Shown here: positions 29,701 through 40,821 of the stretch, one piece after another
Layout: each line of letters begins with the position of its first letter
How positions within the stretch are numbered: position 1 is the first letter of the stretch
Assembly (NCBI RefSeq): GCF_003334385.1
Contig: NZ_QOWN01000022.1
DNA length: 64,000 bases
DNA from: Escherichia coli
GTDB taxonomy: Bacteria > Pseudomonadota > Gammaproteobacteria > Enterobacterales > Enterobacteriaceae
Reading direction: 5' to 3' (one strand)
Translations under genes and position numbers: made by a program
Notes under the pieces: model-generated
What the model was told of the DNA's origin: nothing
Database searches by the model: none
Seen by the model: only the letters and a program-made list of their open reading frames with translations

Positions 29701-30783
29701 ATGGCTCAGCTTTCGTTACAACATATTCAAAAAATCTACGATAACCAGGTGCATGTGGTGAAGGACTTCAACCTGGAAATTGCCGATAAAGAGTTCATCG
29801 TGTTTGTCGGCCCGTCGGGCTGCGGTAAGTCGACCACCCTGCGCATGATTGCCGGGCTTGAGGAGATCAGCGGCGGCGATCTGTTGATCGACGGCAAACG
29901 AATGAATGACGTTCCAGCCAAAGCACGCAATATAGCGATGGTGTTCCAGAACTACGCGTTGTATCCGCATATGACGGTTTACGACAACATGGCGTTTGGT
30001 CTGAAGATGCAAAAAATCGCCAAAGAGGTGATTGATGAGCGGGTGAACTGGGCGGCGCAAATTCTCGGCCTGCGTGAGTACCTGAAACGTAAGCCGGGGG
30101 CGCTTTCCGGCGGGCAACGTCAGCGAGTGGCGCTTGGGCGGGCGATTGTACGCGAAGTGGGCGTGTTTTTAATGGATGAACCGCTCTCTAACCTTGATGC
30201 CAAGCTGCGCGTGCAAATGCGCGCAGAGATCAGCAAGCTGCATCAGAAACTGAACACCACCATGATCTACGTGACCCACGATCAGACCGAAGCGATGACC
30301 ATGGCGACGCGGATTGTGATTATGAAAGACGGGATTGTTCAGCAAGTAGGTGCGCCGAAAACCGTTTATAACCAACCCGCGAATATGTTTGTTTCCGGAT
30401 TTATTGGATCACCAGCGATGAATTTTATTCGCGGCACGATCGATGGCGATAAATTCGTTACGGAAACGCTTAAATTAACCATTCCCGAAGAGAAATTAGC
30501 GGTTCTGAAAACACAGGAAAGTTTGCATAAGCCCATCGTGATGGGAATACGACCGGAAGATATTCATCCGGACGCGCAAGAGGAAAATAACATTTCCGCC
30601 AAAATTAGCGTGGCAGAATTAACCGGTGCGGAATTTATGCTCTACACCACGGTTGGGGGGCACGAGTTAGTGGTCCGTGCTGGTGCGTTAAATGATTATC
30701 ATGCAGGAGAAAATATCACTATTCATTTTGATATGACGAAATGTCATTTCTTTGATGCAGAAACGGAAATAGCAATTCGCTAA
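29701..30783 (+). CDS. ycjV: MalK/UgpC-type sugar ABC transporter ATPase YcjV, 360 aa
   Basis: Walker A GPSGCGKST, signature LSGGQRQRVALGRA, Walker B FLMDEPLSNLD, H-loop YVTHDQ, and a MalK-like C-terminal regulatory domain. Confidence 0.88.
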   Translation: MAQLSLQHIQKIYDNQVHVVKDFNLEIADKEFIVFVGPSGCGKSTTLRMIAGLEEISGGDLLIDGKRMNDVPAKARNIAMVFQNYALYPHMTVYDNMAFGLKMQKIAKEVIDERVNWAAQILGLREYLKRKPGALSGGQRQRVALGRAIVREVGVFLMDEPLSNLDAKLRVQMRAEISKLHQKLNTTMIYVTHDQTEAMTMATRIVIMKDGIVQQVGAPKTVYNQPANMFVSGFIGSPAMNFIRGTIDGDKFVTETLKLTIPEEKLAVLKTQESLHKPIVMGIRPEDIHPDAQEENNISAKISVAELTGAEFMLYTTVGGHELVVRAGALNDYHAGENITIHFDMTKCHFFDAETEIAIR

Positions 30784-30788
30784 ATACA

Positions 30789-30806
30789 GGGGGAAGGCAT
30801 TCCCCC
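30789..30806 (+). other. Intercistronic stem-loop between ycjV and ompG
   Basis: gggggaa-ggca-ttccccc: a 7-bp perfect stem with a 4-nt loop and no T tract. It lies 22 nt upstream of the ompG ATG. Confidence 0.6.
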
Positions 30807-30827
30807 AGGATAATACAAGGAACAATA

Positions 30828-31733
30828 ATGAAAAAGTTATTACCCTGTACCGCACTGGTGATGTGTGCGGGAATGGCCTGCGCACAGGCCGAGGAAAGGA
30901 ACGACTGGCACTTTAATATCGGCGCGATGTACGAAATAGAAAACGTCGAGGGTTATGGCGAAGATATGGATGGGCTGGCGGAGCCTTCAGTCTATTTTAA
31001 TGCCGCCAACGGGCCGTGGAGAATTGCTCTGGCCTATTATCAGGAAGGGCCGGTAGATTATAGCGCGGGTAAACGTGGAACGTGGTTTGATCGCCCGGAG
31101 CTGGAGGTGCATTATCAGTTCCTCGAAAACGATGATTTCAGTTTCGGCCTGACCGGCGGTTTCCGTAATTATGGTTATCACTACGTTGATGAACCGGGTA
31201 AAGACACGGCGAATATGCAGCGCTGGAAAATCGCGCCAGACTGGGATGTGAAACTGACTGACGATTTACGTTTCAACGGTTGGTTGTCGATGTATAAATT
31301 TGCCAACGATCTGAACACTACCGGTTACGCTGATACCCGTGTCGAAACGGAAACAGGTCTGCAATATACCTTCAACGAAACGGTTGCCTTGCGAGTGAAC
31401 TATTATCTCGAGCGCGGCTTCAATATGGACGACAGCCGCAATAACGGTGAGTTTTCCACGCAAGAAATTCGCGCCTATTTGCCGCTGACGCTCGGCAACC
31501 ACTCGGTGACGCCGTATACGCGCATTGGGCTGGATCGCTGGAGTAACTGGGACTGGCAGGATGATATTGAACGTGAAGGCCATGATTTTAACCGTGTAGG
31601 TTTATTTTACGGTTATGATTTCCAGAACGGACTTTCCGTTTCGCTGGAATACGCGTTTGAGTGGCAGGATCACGACGAAGGCGACAGTGATAAATTCCAT
31701 TATGCAGGTGTCGCCGTAAATTACTCGTTCTGA
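30828..31733 (+). CDS. ompG: Monomeric 14-strand outer-membrane porin OmpG, 301 aa
   Basis: Signal peptide ending ACAQA. The sequence alternates aromatic and polar residues like a beta barrel and ends in NYSF (C-terminal Phe). Confidence 0.95.
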   Translation: MKKLLPCTALVMCAGMACAQAEERNDWHFNIGAMYEIENVEGYGEDMDGLAEPSVYFNAANGPWRIALAYYQEGPVDYSAGKRGTWFDRPELEVHYQFLENDDFSFGLTGGFRNYGYHYVDEPGKDTANMQRWKIAPDWDVKLTDDLRFNGWLSMYKFANDLNTTGYADTRVETETGLQYTFNETVALRVNYYLERGFNMDDSRNNGEFSTQEIRAYLPLTLGNHSVTPYTRIGLDRWSNWDWQDDIEREGHDFNRVGLFYGYDFQNGLSVSLEYAFEWQDHDEGDSDKFHYAGVAVNYSF

Positions 31734-31747
31734 TAATGGGCTAAATT

Positions 31748-31822
31748 GCCGGATGCGGCGCGAGTACTTTATCCGATCTATAAATGTAGGCCGGATAAGA
31801 TGCGCTAGCATCGCATCTGGCA
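31748..31822. repeat. BIME: two inverted REP units between the convergent genes ompG and ycjW
   Basis: gccggatgcggcgcgagtactttatccgatc and taggccggataagatgcgctagcatcgcatctggca. Confidence 0.75.
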
Positions 31823-31843
31823 TTCAGGCAAGGTAGCTGGTAT

Positions 31844-32842
31844 TTATTTCAGCGTCATATGCGTGGCAACGGTAATATTCTGTGGTGACGGTTTTCCAGA
31901 AATTAAGCGGAATAATAACTCGCAGCTTTGTTGACCTAACTCCTGCGTCGGAACATCGATGCCGCCCGGTGCAGGCGTTAAAATAAATGACAGCGTTTCA
32001 TTGCTATAACCCACCACCGCTAACTGCTGCGGAATAGCAATATTTTTCTCTGCTGCCGCACGATAAATGCTCATTAATTTCAGGCTGTCAGTGGCAAACA
32101 CCGCCTCAGGCAACGGTGACTGGCTTAATAATTGCCGTGCTGCTTTTAATGCAGTTTCATGGGTATAACCGCCATCAACAATCCATTCATCACGCACTGC
32201 AATATTATGCGCAGCCAGGCTCTGCTTATAACCATTAACGCGATCAACCGAAACATGGACATCAAGCGGAGCATGCAGGCAGGCAATATTTTGATGCCCA
32301 CTTTCAATTAATGCATCGGTCAACGCAATGCTGTCGCCAAAATTATCGGTATCGACAGAATAAACATGGGCATATTGACCTTCAACTTTGCCAATCACCA
32401 CCACCGGAATATCATATTTATCGAGTTGGGCAAAAAATGACTCATCCGCTGGCGAACTGAGCATAATAATGCCTTTAATCATTTTCTGCTTAATTTTGCT
32501 TTCGCATTTTTGCAGATCTTCTGCCGGATTGTGCGACGTTTGTAATATCACGTCGAAACCTTCTTCTTCAGCTTTGGCGGTGATGGCATGCAAAACTTCA
32601 GAGAAAAACGGATTACCCGCCGTAGTTTTGGTCGAACGGGTAGAAATCACCATAATGGCATCAAAACCCGAAGAGGTCAGCGCGCGGGCCAGCTTGTTTG
32701 GCTGATACTGTAATTCTTCAATGGCCCGTAACACTTTTTCGCGCGCTTCCGGGGAGATATTAGTTTGCTTATTCAGCACGCGTGATACGGTGGATTTTGA
32801 TACGCCTGCAACCCTGGCAATATCATAAATAGTAGGGGACAT
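31844..32842 (-). CDS. ycjW: LacI/GalR-family transcriptional repressor YcjW, 332 aa
   Basis: N-terminal [24 protein letters not shown] plus a periplasmic-binding-protein-like sugar-binding core. Confidence 0.95.
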
Positions 32843-32915
32843 AGGTCAGGAACTCCGTCCGAACGTGAATGCTGCACATCTTATGGAGTTCGCCGGTCGA
32901 TGACAACACGGGCAG

Positions 32916-32943
32916 TTGATAATCAATGGCCTGGCCCCCACAT
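32916..32943 (+). promoter_or_regulatory. Sigma32 (heat-shock)-like promoter upstream of ycjX
   Basis: TTGATAA-N13-CCCCACAT compares with the sigma32 consensus CTTGAAA-N13-17-CCCCATNT. It lies 55 nt upstream of the ycjX ATG. Confidence 0.5.
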
Positions 32944-32997
32944 TCATATCCTTACGAATGATTTTTTTTCTGGTCTTCAGAGCAGCACAGGACAGCA

Positions 32998-34395
32998 ATG
33001 AAGCGACTTAAAAATGAACTCAATGCGCTGGTGAATCGGGGTGTCGACAGACATCTGCGCCTCGCTGTAACCGGACTTAGCCGCAGCGGCAAAACAGCGT
33101 TTATCACCGCGATGGTTAATCAGTTGCTTAATATTCACGCCGGAGCACGTTTGCCGCTGTTAAGTGCGGTGCGTGAAGAGCGCCTGCTGGGCGTGAAACG
33201 CATTCCCCAGCGTGACTTTGGCATTCCGCGCTTCACCTATGACGAAGGGCTGGCGCAGTTATATGGCGATCCACCCGCCTGGCCAACGCCAACGCGCGGC
33301 GTCAGTGAAATCCGCCTGGCGCTACGTTTTAAATCGAATGATTCGCTGCTACGCCACTTTAAGGATACCTCCACGCTGTATCTGGAAATTGTGGATTATC
33401 CCGGCGAATGGTTGCTCGACCTGCCGATGCTGGCGCAGGACTATTTAAGCTGGTCGCGCCAGATGACGGGCTTACTCAATGGTCAGCGCGGAGAATGGTC
33501 GGCGAAATGGCGAATGATGAGCGAAGGGCTGGACCCGCTAGCGCCTGCCGACGAAAACCGGCTGGCGGACATTGCCGCCGCGTGGACCGATTATCTCCAC
33601 CACTGTAAAGAGCAGGGGCTGCACTTTATTCAGCCTGGGCGCTTTGTCTTGCCGGGAGATATGGCAGGTGCGCCCGCGCTGCAATTCTTCCCGTGGCCGG
33701 ATGTCGATACCTGGGGCGAGTCCAAACTGGCGCAGGCCGATAAGCATACCAATGCCGGAATGCTGCGCGAGCGCTTTAATTATTACTGCGAGAAGGTGGT
33801 GAAGGGGTTCTATAAGAATCATTTTCTGCGCTTTGACCGCCAGATTGTGCTGGTGGATTGCCTGCAACCTCTCAACAGTGGGCCACAGGCATTTAATGAT
33901 ATGCGTCTGGCACTGACGCAGCTGATGCAAAGTTTTCACTACGGGCAGCGTACCCTGTTCCGGCGTTTGTTTTCGCCGGTTATCGATAAGCTATTGTTTG
34001 CTGCCACTAAAGCGGACCATGTGACCATCGATCAGCACGCTAATATGGTTTCATTACTGCAACAACTGATTCAGGATGCCTGGCAAAATGCGGCGTTCGA
34101 AGGGATCAGCATGGACTGCCTGGGGCTGGCGTCAGTTCAGGCGACCACCAGCGGCATTATTGATGTTAACGGTGAGAAAATCCCGGCGCTGCGTGGTAAT
34201 CGACTTAGCGATGGCGCACCGCTCACTGTTTATCCTGGCGAAGTTCCCGCACGTTTGCCTGGTCAGGCGTTCTGGGATAAGCAAGGCTTCCAGTTTGAGG
34301 CATTTCGTCCGCAGGTGATGGATGTCGACAAACCACTACCGCATATTCGTCTTGATGCTGCGCTGGAATTTTTAATAGGAGATAAATTGCGATGA
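32998..34395 (+). CDS. ycjX: Conserved P-loop NTPase YcjX (DUF463), 465 aa
   Basis: Walker A GLSRSGKT near the N-terminus ([14 protein letters not shown]). Confidence 0.92.
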   Translation: MKRLKNELNALVNRGVDRHLRLAVTGLSRSGKTAFITAMVNQLLNIHAGARLPLLSAVREERLLGVKRIPQRDFGIPRFTYDEGLAQLYGDPPAWPTPTRGVSEIRLALRFKSNDSLLRHFKDTSTLYLEIVDYPGEWLLDLPMLAQDYLSWSRQMTGLLNGQRGEWSAKWRMMSEGLDPLAPADENRLADIAAAWTDYLHHCKEQGLHFIQPGRFVLPGDMAGAPALQFFPWPDVDTWGESKLAQADKHTNAGMLRERFNYYCEKVVKGFYKNHFLRFDRQIVLVDCLQPLNSGPQAFNDMRLALTQLMQSFHYGQRTLFRRLFSPVIDKLLFAATKADHVTIDQHANMVSLLQQLIQDAWQNAAFEGISMDCLGLASVQATTSGIIDVNGEKIPALRGNRLSDGAPLTVYPGEVPARLPGQAFWDKQGFQFEAFRPQVMDVDKPLPHIRLDAALEFLIGDKLR

Positions 34396-35453
34396 CCGAA
34401 CCGTTAAAACCACGTATTGATTTCGACGGTCCTCTGGAGGTCGATCAGAATCCTAAATTCAGGGCGCAGCAGACCTTTGACGAAAATCAGGCGCAAAATT
34501 TTGCCCCGGCCACGCTCGACGAAGCGCAGGAAGAAGAGGGGCAAGTCGAAGCGGTAATGGACGCAGCGTTACGTCCGAAACGCAGCCTGTGGCGCAAAAT
34601 GGTGATGGGAGGGCTGGCTCTGTTTGGCGCAAGCGTTGTCGGGCAGGGTGTACAGTGGACAATGAATGCCTGGCAAACCCAGGACTGGGTGGCGCTGGGT
34701 GGATGTGCCGCTGGGGCATTGATTATCGGCGCTGGCGTAGGTTCTGTGGTAACAGAGTGGCGGCGCTTATGGCGCTTGCGACAGCGCGCCCATGAACGCG
34801 ACGAAGCGCGTGATTTATTGCATAGCCACGGCACGGGCAAAGGCCGCGCATTTTGCGAAAAACTGGCGCAGCAGGCGGGTATTGATCAGTCGCATCCGGC
34901 GCTGCAACGCTGGTATGCCTCAATCCATGAAACGCAAAACGACCGTGAAGTGGTCAGCCTGTATGCGCATTTGGTCCAGCCAGTTTTAGATGCCCAGGCG
35001 CGGCGCGAAATCAGCCGTTCGGCGGCGGAATCAACGTTGATGATTGCGGTCAGCCCGCTGGCGTTGGTCGATATGGCGTTTATCGCCTGGCGCAATCTGC
35101 GTTTAATTAATCGCATCGCCACGCTGTATGGCATTGAACTGGGGTATTACAGCCGTTTGCGTCTGTTTAAGCTGGTATTGCTGAATATCGCTTTTGCCGG
35201 AGCCAGCGAACTGGTGCGCGAAGTGGGGATGGACTGGATGTCGCAAGATCTCGCTGCTCGTTTGTCTACCCGCGCAGCTCAGGGGATTGGTGCAGGACTT
35301 CTGACGGCACGACTCGGGATTAAAGCTATGGAGCTTTGCCGCCCGCTGCCGTGGATTGACGATGACAAACCTCGCCTCGGGGATTTCCGTCGTCAGCTTA
35401 TCGGTCAGGTGAAAGAAACGCTGCAAAAAGGCAAAACGCCCAGCGAAAAATAA
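34392..35453 (+). CDS. ycjF: Inner-membrane protein YcjF (UPF0283), 353 aa
   Basis: It overlaps ycjX by 4 nt (ATGA). An acidic N-terminal region is followed by hydrophobic segments ([52 protein letters not shown]). Confidence 0.92.
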   Translation: MTEPLKPRIDFDGPLEVDQNPKFRAQQTFDENQAQNFAPATLDEAQEEEGQVEAVMDAALRPKRSLWRKMVMGGLALFGASVVGQGVQWTMNAWQTQDWVALGGCAAGALIIGAGVGSVVTEWRRLWRLRQRAHERDEARDLLHSHGTGKGRAFCEKLAQQAGIDQSHPALQRWYASIHETQNDREVVSLYAHLVQPVLDAQARREISRSAAESTLMIAVSPLALVDMAFIAWRNLRLINRIATLYGIELGYYSRLRLFKLVLLNIAFAGASELVREVGMDWMSQDLAARLSTRAAQGIGAGLLTARLGIKAMELCRPLPWIDDDKPRLGDFRRQLIGQVKETLQKGKTPSEK

Positions 35454-35512
35454 TGCAATATCGGGTGCTGACCGGATATCTTTACGCCGAAGTGCCCGTT
35501 TTTCCGTCTTTG

Positions 35513-35530
35513 TGTCAATGATTGTTGACA
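35513..35530. promoter_or_regulatory. TyrR box (autoregulatory) upstream of tyrR
   Basis: TGTCAATGATTGTTGACA is an 18-bp palindrome fitting TGTAAA-N6-TTTACA. It lies 71 nt upstream of the tyrR ATG. Confidence 0.75.
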
Positions 35531-35600
35531 GAAACCTTCCTGCTATCCAAATAGTGTCATATCATCATATTAATTGTTCTTTTTTCAGGTGAAGGTTCCC

Positions 35601-37142
35601 ATGCGTCTGGAAGTCTTTTGTGAAGACCGACTCGGTCTGACCCGCGAATTACTCGATCTACTCGTGCTAAGAGGCATTGATTTACGCGGTATTGAGATTG
35701 ATCCCATTGGGCGAATCTACCTCAATTTTGCTGAACTGGAGTTTGAGAGTTTCAGCAGTCTGATGGCCGAAATACGCCGTATTGCGGGTGTTACCGATGT
35801 GCGTACTGTCCCGTGGATGCCTTCCGAACGTGAGCATCTGGCGTTGAGCGCGTTACTGGAGGCGTTGCCTGAACCTGTGCTCTCTGTCGATATGAAAAGC
35901 AAAGTGGATATGGCGAACCCGGCGAGCTGTCAGCTTTTTGGGCAAAAATTGGATCGCCTGCGCAACCATACCGCCGCACAATTGATTAACGGCTTTAATT
36001 TTTTACGTTGGCTGGAAAGCGAACCGCAAGATTCGCATAACGAGCATGTCGTTATTAATGGGCAGAATTTCCTGATGGAGATTACGCCTGTTTATCTTCA
36101 GGATGAAAATGATCAACACGTCCTGACCGGTGCGGTGGTGATGTTGCGATCAACGATTCGTATGGGCCGCCAGTTGCAAAATGTCGCCGCCCAGGACGTC
36201 AGCGCCTTCAGTCAAATTGTCGCCGTCAGCCCGAAAATGAAGCATGTTGTCGAACAGGCGCAGAAACTGGCGATGCTAAGCGCGCCGCTGCTGATTACGG
36301 GTGACACAGGTACAGGTAAAGATCTCTTTGCCTACGCCTGCCATCAGGCAAGCCCCAGAGCGGGCAAACCTTACCTGGCGCTGAACTGTGCGTCTATACC
36401 GGAAGATGCGGTCGAGAGTGAACTGTTTGGTCATGCTCCGGAAGGGAAGAAAGGATTCTTTGAGCAGGCGAACGGTGGTTCGGTGCTGTTGGATGAAATA
36501 GGGGAAATGTCACCACGGATGCAGGCGAAATTACTGCGTTTCCTTAATGATGGCACTTTCCGTCGGGTTGGCGAAGACCATGAGGTGCATGTCGATGTGC
36601 GGGTGATTTGCGCTACGCAGAAGAATCTGGTCGAACTGGTGCAAAAAGGCATGTTCCGTGAAGATCTCTATTATCGTCTGAACGTGTTGACGCTCAATCT
36701 GCCGCCGCTACGTGACTGTCCGCAGGACATCATGCCGTTAACTGAGCTGTTCGTCGCCCGCTTTGCCGACGAGCAGGGCGTGCCGCGTCCGAAACTGGCC
36801 GCTGACCTGAATACTGTACTTACGCGTTATGCGTGGCCGGGAAATGTGCGGCAGTTAAAGAACGCTATCTATCGCGCACTGACACAACTGGACGGTTATG
36901 AGCTGCGTCCACAGGATATTTTGTTGCCGGATTATGACGCCGCAACGGTAGCCGTGGGCGAAGATGCGATGGAAGGTTCGCTGGACGAAATCACCAGCCG
37001 TTTTGAACGCTCGGTATTAACCCAGCTTTATCGCAATTATCCCAGCACGCGCAAACTGGCAAAACGTCTCGGCGTTTCACATACCGCGATTGCCAATAAG
37101 TTGCGGGAATATGGTCTGAGTCAGAAGAAGAACGAAGAGTAA
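35601..37142 (+). CDS. tyrR: Aromatic amino acid regulator TyrR (ACT-PAS-AAA+-HTH), 513 aa
   Basis: AAA+ Walker A GDTGTGKD but no GAFTGA loop (ELFGHAPEGKKGFFEQA). C-terminal HTH STRKLAKRLGVSHTAIANKL. The start is at ATG 35601 (MRLEVFCEDRLG). Confidence 0.96.
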   Translation: MRLEVFCEDRLGLTRELLDLLVLRGIDLRGIEIDPIGRIYLNFAELEFESFSSLMAEIRRIAGVTDVRTVPWMPSEREHLALSALLEALPEPVLSVDMKSKVDMANPASCQLFGQKLDRLRNHTAAQLINGFNFLRWLESEPQDSHNEHVVINGQNFLMEITPVYLQDENDQHVLTGAVVMLRSTIRMGRQLQNVAAQDVSAFSQIVAVSPKMKHVVEQAQKLAMLSAPLLITGDTGTGKDLFAYACHQASPRAGKPYLALNCASIPEDAVESELFGHAPEGKKGFFEQANGGSVLLDEIGEMSPRMQAKLLRFLNDGTFRRVGEDHEVHVDVRVICATQKNLVELVQKGMFREDLYYRLNVLTLNLPPLRDCPQDIMPLTELFVARFADEQGVPRPKLAADLNTVLTRYAWPGNVRQLKNAIYRALTQLDGYELRPQDILLPDYDAATVAVGEDAMEGSLDEITSRFERSVLTQLYRNYPSTRKLAKRLGVSHTAIANKLREYGLSQKKNEE

Positions 37143-37150
37143 GCGCGAAT

Positions 37151-37179
37151 ATGCCTGATGGTGCAACACCATCAGGCAT
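37151..37179. terminator. Bidirectional hairpin terminator between the convergent genes tyrR and tpx
   Basis: atgcctgatggtg-caa-caccatcaggcat is a 13-bp perfect stem. The flanks are A/T-rich (gaat ... attaaatta) rather than long T runs. Confidence 0.7.
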
Positions 37180-37185
37180 ATTAAA

Positions 37186-37692
37186 TTATGCTTTCAGTAC
37201 AGCCAGAGCTGCTTCGTAATCCGGCTCGGTGGTGATTTCATCCACCAGCTGGCTGAAAATCACATTGTCATTTTCGTCAATAACCACAACGGCACGCGCT
37301 GCCAGACCTTTCAGTGGGCCATCAGCAATTGCCACACCGTAAGCTTGCAGAAATTCAGCGTTACGGAAAGTGGAGAGGGTGATAACGTTGTTCAGACCTT
37401 CTGCGCCGCAGAAACGAGACTGGGCGAACGGCAGATCGGCAGAGATACACAGCACAACGGTGTTGTCGATCTCAGTTGCCAGTTGGTTAAACTTACGTAC
37501 TGATGCGGCGCAAACACCGGTATCAATACTCGGGAAAATGTTCAGCACTTTGCGTTTACCCGCAAACTGACCGAGGGTGACGTCAGACAGATCTTTTGCC
37601 ACGAGAGTAAAAGTCTGCGCTTTGCTACCCGCCTGCGGGATGGAATTGGCGACTGTAACCGGGTTGCCCTGGAAATGAACGGTTTGTGACAT
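37186..37692 (-). CDS. tpx: Thiol peroxidase Tpx (atypical 2-Cys peroxiredoxin), 168 aa
   Basis: Peroxidatic Cys context PSIDTGVCA and resolving Cys in [14 protein letters not shown]. Confidence 0.96.
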   Translation of the reverse strand: MSQTVHFQGNPVTVANSIPQAGSKAQTFTLVAKDLSDVTLGQFAGKRKVLNIFPSIDTGVCAASVRKFNQLATEIDNTVVLCISADLPFAQSRFCGAEGLNNVITLSTFRNAEFLQAYGVAIADGPLKGLAARAVVVIDENDNVIFSQLVDEITTEPDYEAALAVLKA

Positions 37693-37800
37693 GATTATCT
37701 TTCCTGTTTACATATAGTTAACGTCACACCTAGTTTATGCTAACTGTCAATAACACAGCAAACGCTATTTGCGCTTAATCCGCAGACCACCGCGACAACA

Positions 37801-38750
<950 letters not shown>

Positions 38751-38776
<26 letters not shown>

Positions 38777-39479
38777 GATGCCAGCGCAGCAAGTTTGCCA
38801 TCGCAAAGAGATATTTTTCGCTGGCTTCGTCGGAGGAGATGGGCGGAAACTCTGCGGTGATGCAATGCAAGTTCAGATCTGCACACCAACTGCCGAAAGA
38901 GCCAGGCGTTTCATAACCGACGCTGGTTACCAGAGGCAATTCAAACGCCTGAGCCAGCCATTCGCCTAATTCGCTGTGTCTGGGATCTTCAATACAGGCC
39001 AGTGGATCGTGGAATGAGACCACCCAGGCAGGTTGAATGCGGTGTATAAGCTGGCACAGCGCCTGGGTTTCAGGTTCGGAGCCAGGTTTGTCACCTGTCA
39101 GTAATACGACATCGCGTTCTTCAGCGGCGCTGTTCCAGCGATAAACGGTTTCACCTTCCTTCCAGTTCGCCGCCGGAAAGTTTCTGTTTAAATCCACACC
39201 ATTAGCATTGGCCCGTAACCCCAACTGGCAGCCGTCAGGATTCACACACAGCACCACATGATGACGGCGCAAAGAAGGTGTCAACGTCCGCAGAGCACAG
39301 GAGAGCGTGACGACCGAAGAGTTTTCATCACCGTGAGTGCCAGCCAGAATCAAACCACTTTCGCGGCTGGCTGCAGGGGCAGGAAACCAGATTAACGGCG
39401 CGCCCAATAATGAACGTCCGTAATGTTCTGTTCCGGGCGGAAATGCGCCGCGTTCGGCGCGTGGGCGGGTTACGGTCAT
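38751..39479 (-). CDS. mpaA: Murein tripeptide amidase MpaA (M14 zinc carboxypeptidase family), 242 aa
   Basis: Zn-binding HxxE motif in AGTHGDENSS. The start is at ATG 39477-39479 (MTVTRPRAERG). Its 3' end overlaps the ycjG 3' end by 26 nt. Confidence 0.93.
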
Positions 39480-39560
39480 GATCGTCTCTGGTTCAGGAAG
39501 TATTACAGGCAGTGTTGTGCAAATTTTGCGGATTATCAAATCCTTTTCTTCAACGCTATG

Positions 39561-39743
39561 TCATCGATCTTGTATCACTTTTTTGCCGGAAGTTGTTTGC
39601 ATTTTATTAGTTGGATAGGGTTTGTGGATTTTTGCTGGCTGACGGGCAAATAAAGTTTGTTTAATGGTTTGCTTATCTGCCAGTTGATTAATCACATGGC
39701 GGGCTATCTGACCGCCAGCACCAAGAATCAGTACATTTTTCAT
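39561..39743 (-). pseudogene. ymjC: ymjC': N-terminal relic of an NAD(P)-binding Rossmann (NmrA/SDR-like) protein, 60 codons
   Basis: MKNVLILGAGGQIARHVINQL carries a GxGxxG/A dinucleotide fold. After about 35 residues the ORF runs into unrelated sequence (the 30-bp repeat) and stops. This is far too short for a Rossmann protein. Confidence 0.7.
39575..39604 (+). repeat. 30-bp repeat copy A (tcacttttttgCCggaagttgtttgcattt)
   Basis: 28/30 identical to 42021-42050, in the same orientation. It lies 96 nt upstream of the mpaA start and inside the ymjC' tail. Confidence 0.85.
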
Positions 39744-39813
39744 GAAAATTATCCCAGATTATTGGCAGCAATATGCCAGTCCATATCACTATTGCGGATT
39801 TGAATATGTTTCA

Positions 39814-40734
39814 TTACAGAGTTTCCTCAAAGAACGGAGCTAATACTGAAATTGCTTCAGCCACATAGGCTTTGCCGTCATAAAGATCCATATGGTTTGC
39901 GCCTTCAACAATGTGATAGCGTTTATCCTGGCTTGATGCTCGATCGTACAGGTCGTCACTCATCCATTTGCTCCCTGCCTGGCTGCCCGCCACAATCTGC
40001 GTCGGCTGAGTCAGGTACACTTCCGCCATATGGTAAGCATCATAGGTAATAATCTGGTTAAGGCTGCGCAAAGTAGCGTAACCCGGTGCTGTTGGATACT
40101 GCGCGCGAGGGGGGTGGTAATACTCCCAGGCCTGACGCAGTTCTTCGTTCGGCGCATCGGACTCCTTCATTGGTGCCAGTGGCATAATGGCGTATTCTCC
40201 GCTGCTAATATCGCTGGTTCTGGCGTTTGAACCCGCTTCAACGTATGGCAGGGCATCAATAGATTTCACATTGTTTTCCCAACCATTACGGAATATCGAA
40301 CCAATATTGACCGCACTAACGGTACCGATGGCCTTGATGCGGCGATCCTGAATTGCAGCATTGGCTGTATATCCTGCACCGGCACAAATTCCCATCGCAC
40401 CAATTCGGGTATTGTCGACATAAGAAAGCGTTGTCAGGTAATCAATCACGGCACTGATGTCTTCAGTACGAATGTATGGGTTTTCTAACTGACGCGGCTC
40501 GCCGCCACTTTCACCTTGATAAGATGCGTCATAAGCAATAGTGACAAATCCCTTTTCCGCCAGTTTTTTGGCATAGGTTCCGGCCGTTTGTTCTTTAACG
40601 CCCCCACCTGGGTGAGATAACACAATTGCCTGATACTGACGGGTTTCATCAAATTTTGGAGGGAAATAGATCACTGCAGACAAAGAGATGGTTGGATTAT
40701 TGCTGTTAGTGAAGCTGACTTTATTATTCATCAT
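39814..40734 (-). CDS. ycjY: Alpha/beta-hydrolase YcjY, 306 aa
   Basis: Nucleophile elbow GICAGAG (GxC/SxG) in an alpha/beta-hydrolase-length ORF. The start is at the first of the tandem ATGs (MMNNKVSF). Confidence 0.88.
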   Translation of the reverse strand: MMNNKVSFTNSNNPTISLSAVIYFPPKFDETRQYQAIVLSHPGGGVKEQTAGTYAKKLAEKGFVTIAYDASYQGESGGEPRQLENPYIRTEDISAVIDYLTTLSYVDNTRIGAMGICAGAGYTANAAIQDRRIKAIGTVSAVNIGSIFRNGWENNVKSIDALPYVEAGSNARTSDISSGEYAIMPLAPMKESDAPNEELRQAWEYYHPPRAQYPTAPGYATLRSLNQIITYDAYHMAEVYLTQPTQIVAGSQAGSKWMSDDLYDRASSQDKRYHIVEGANHMDLYDGKAYVAEAISVLAPFFEETL

Positions 40735-40821
40735 TCCGTTCCTCATGGAGTTGTCGGTTCGTTTTAACGGTTGGTGATATCACTATAGATATTGATCATT
40801 AAGTTGATTAGACCCAAAATC

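Noticed and set aside
29701-30783. Vague recollection that ycjV is flagged as a pseudogene in some K-12 annotations
   Set aside because: In this sequence the 360-aa ORF has every ABC ATPase motif and a full MalK-like C-terminal domain and stops cleanly 44 nt before ompG. I see no internal lesion, so I call it intact.
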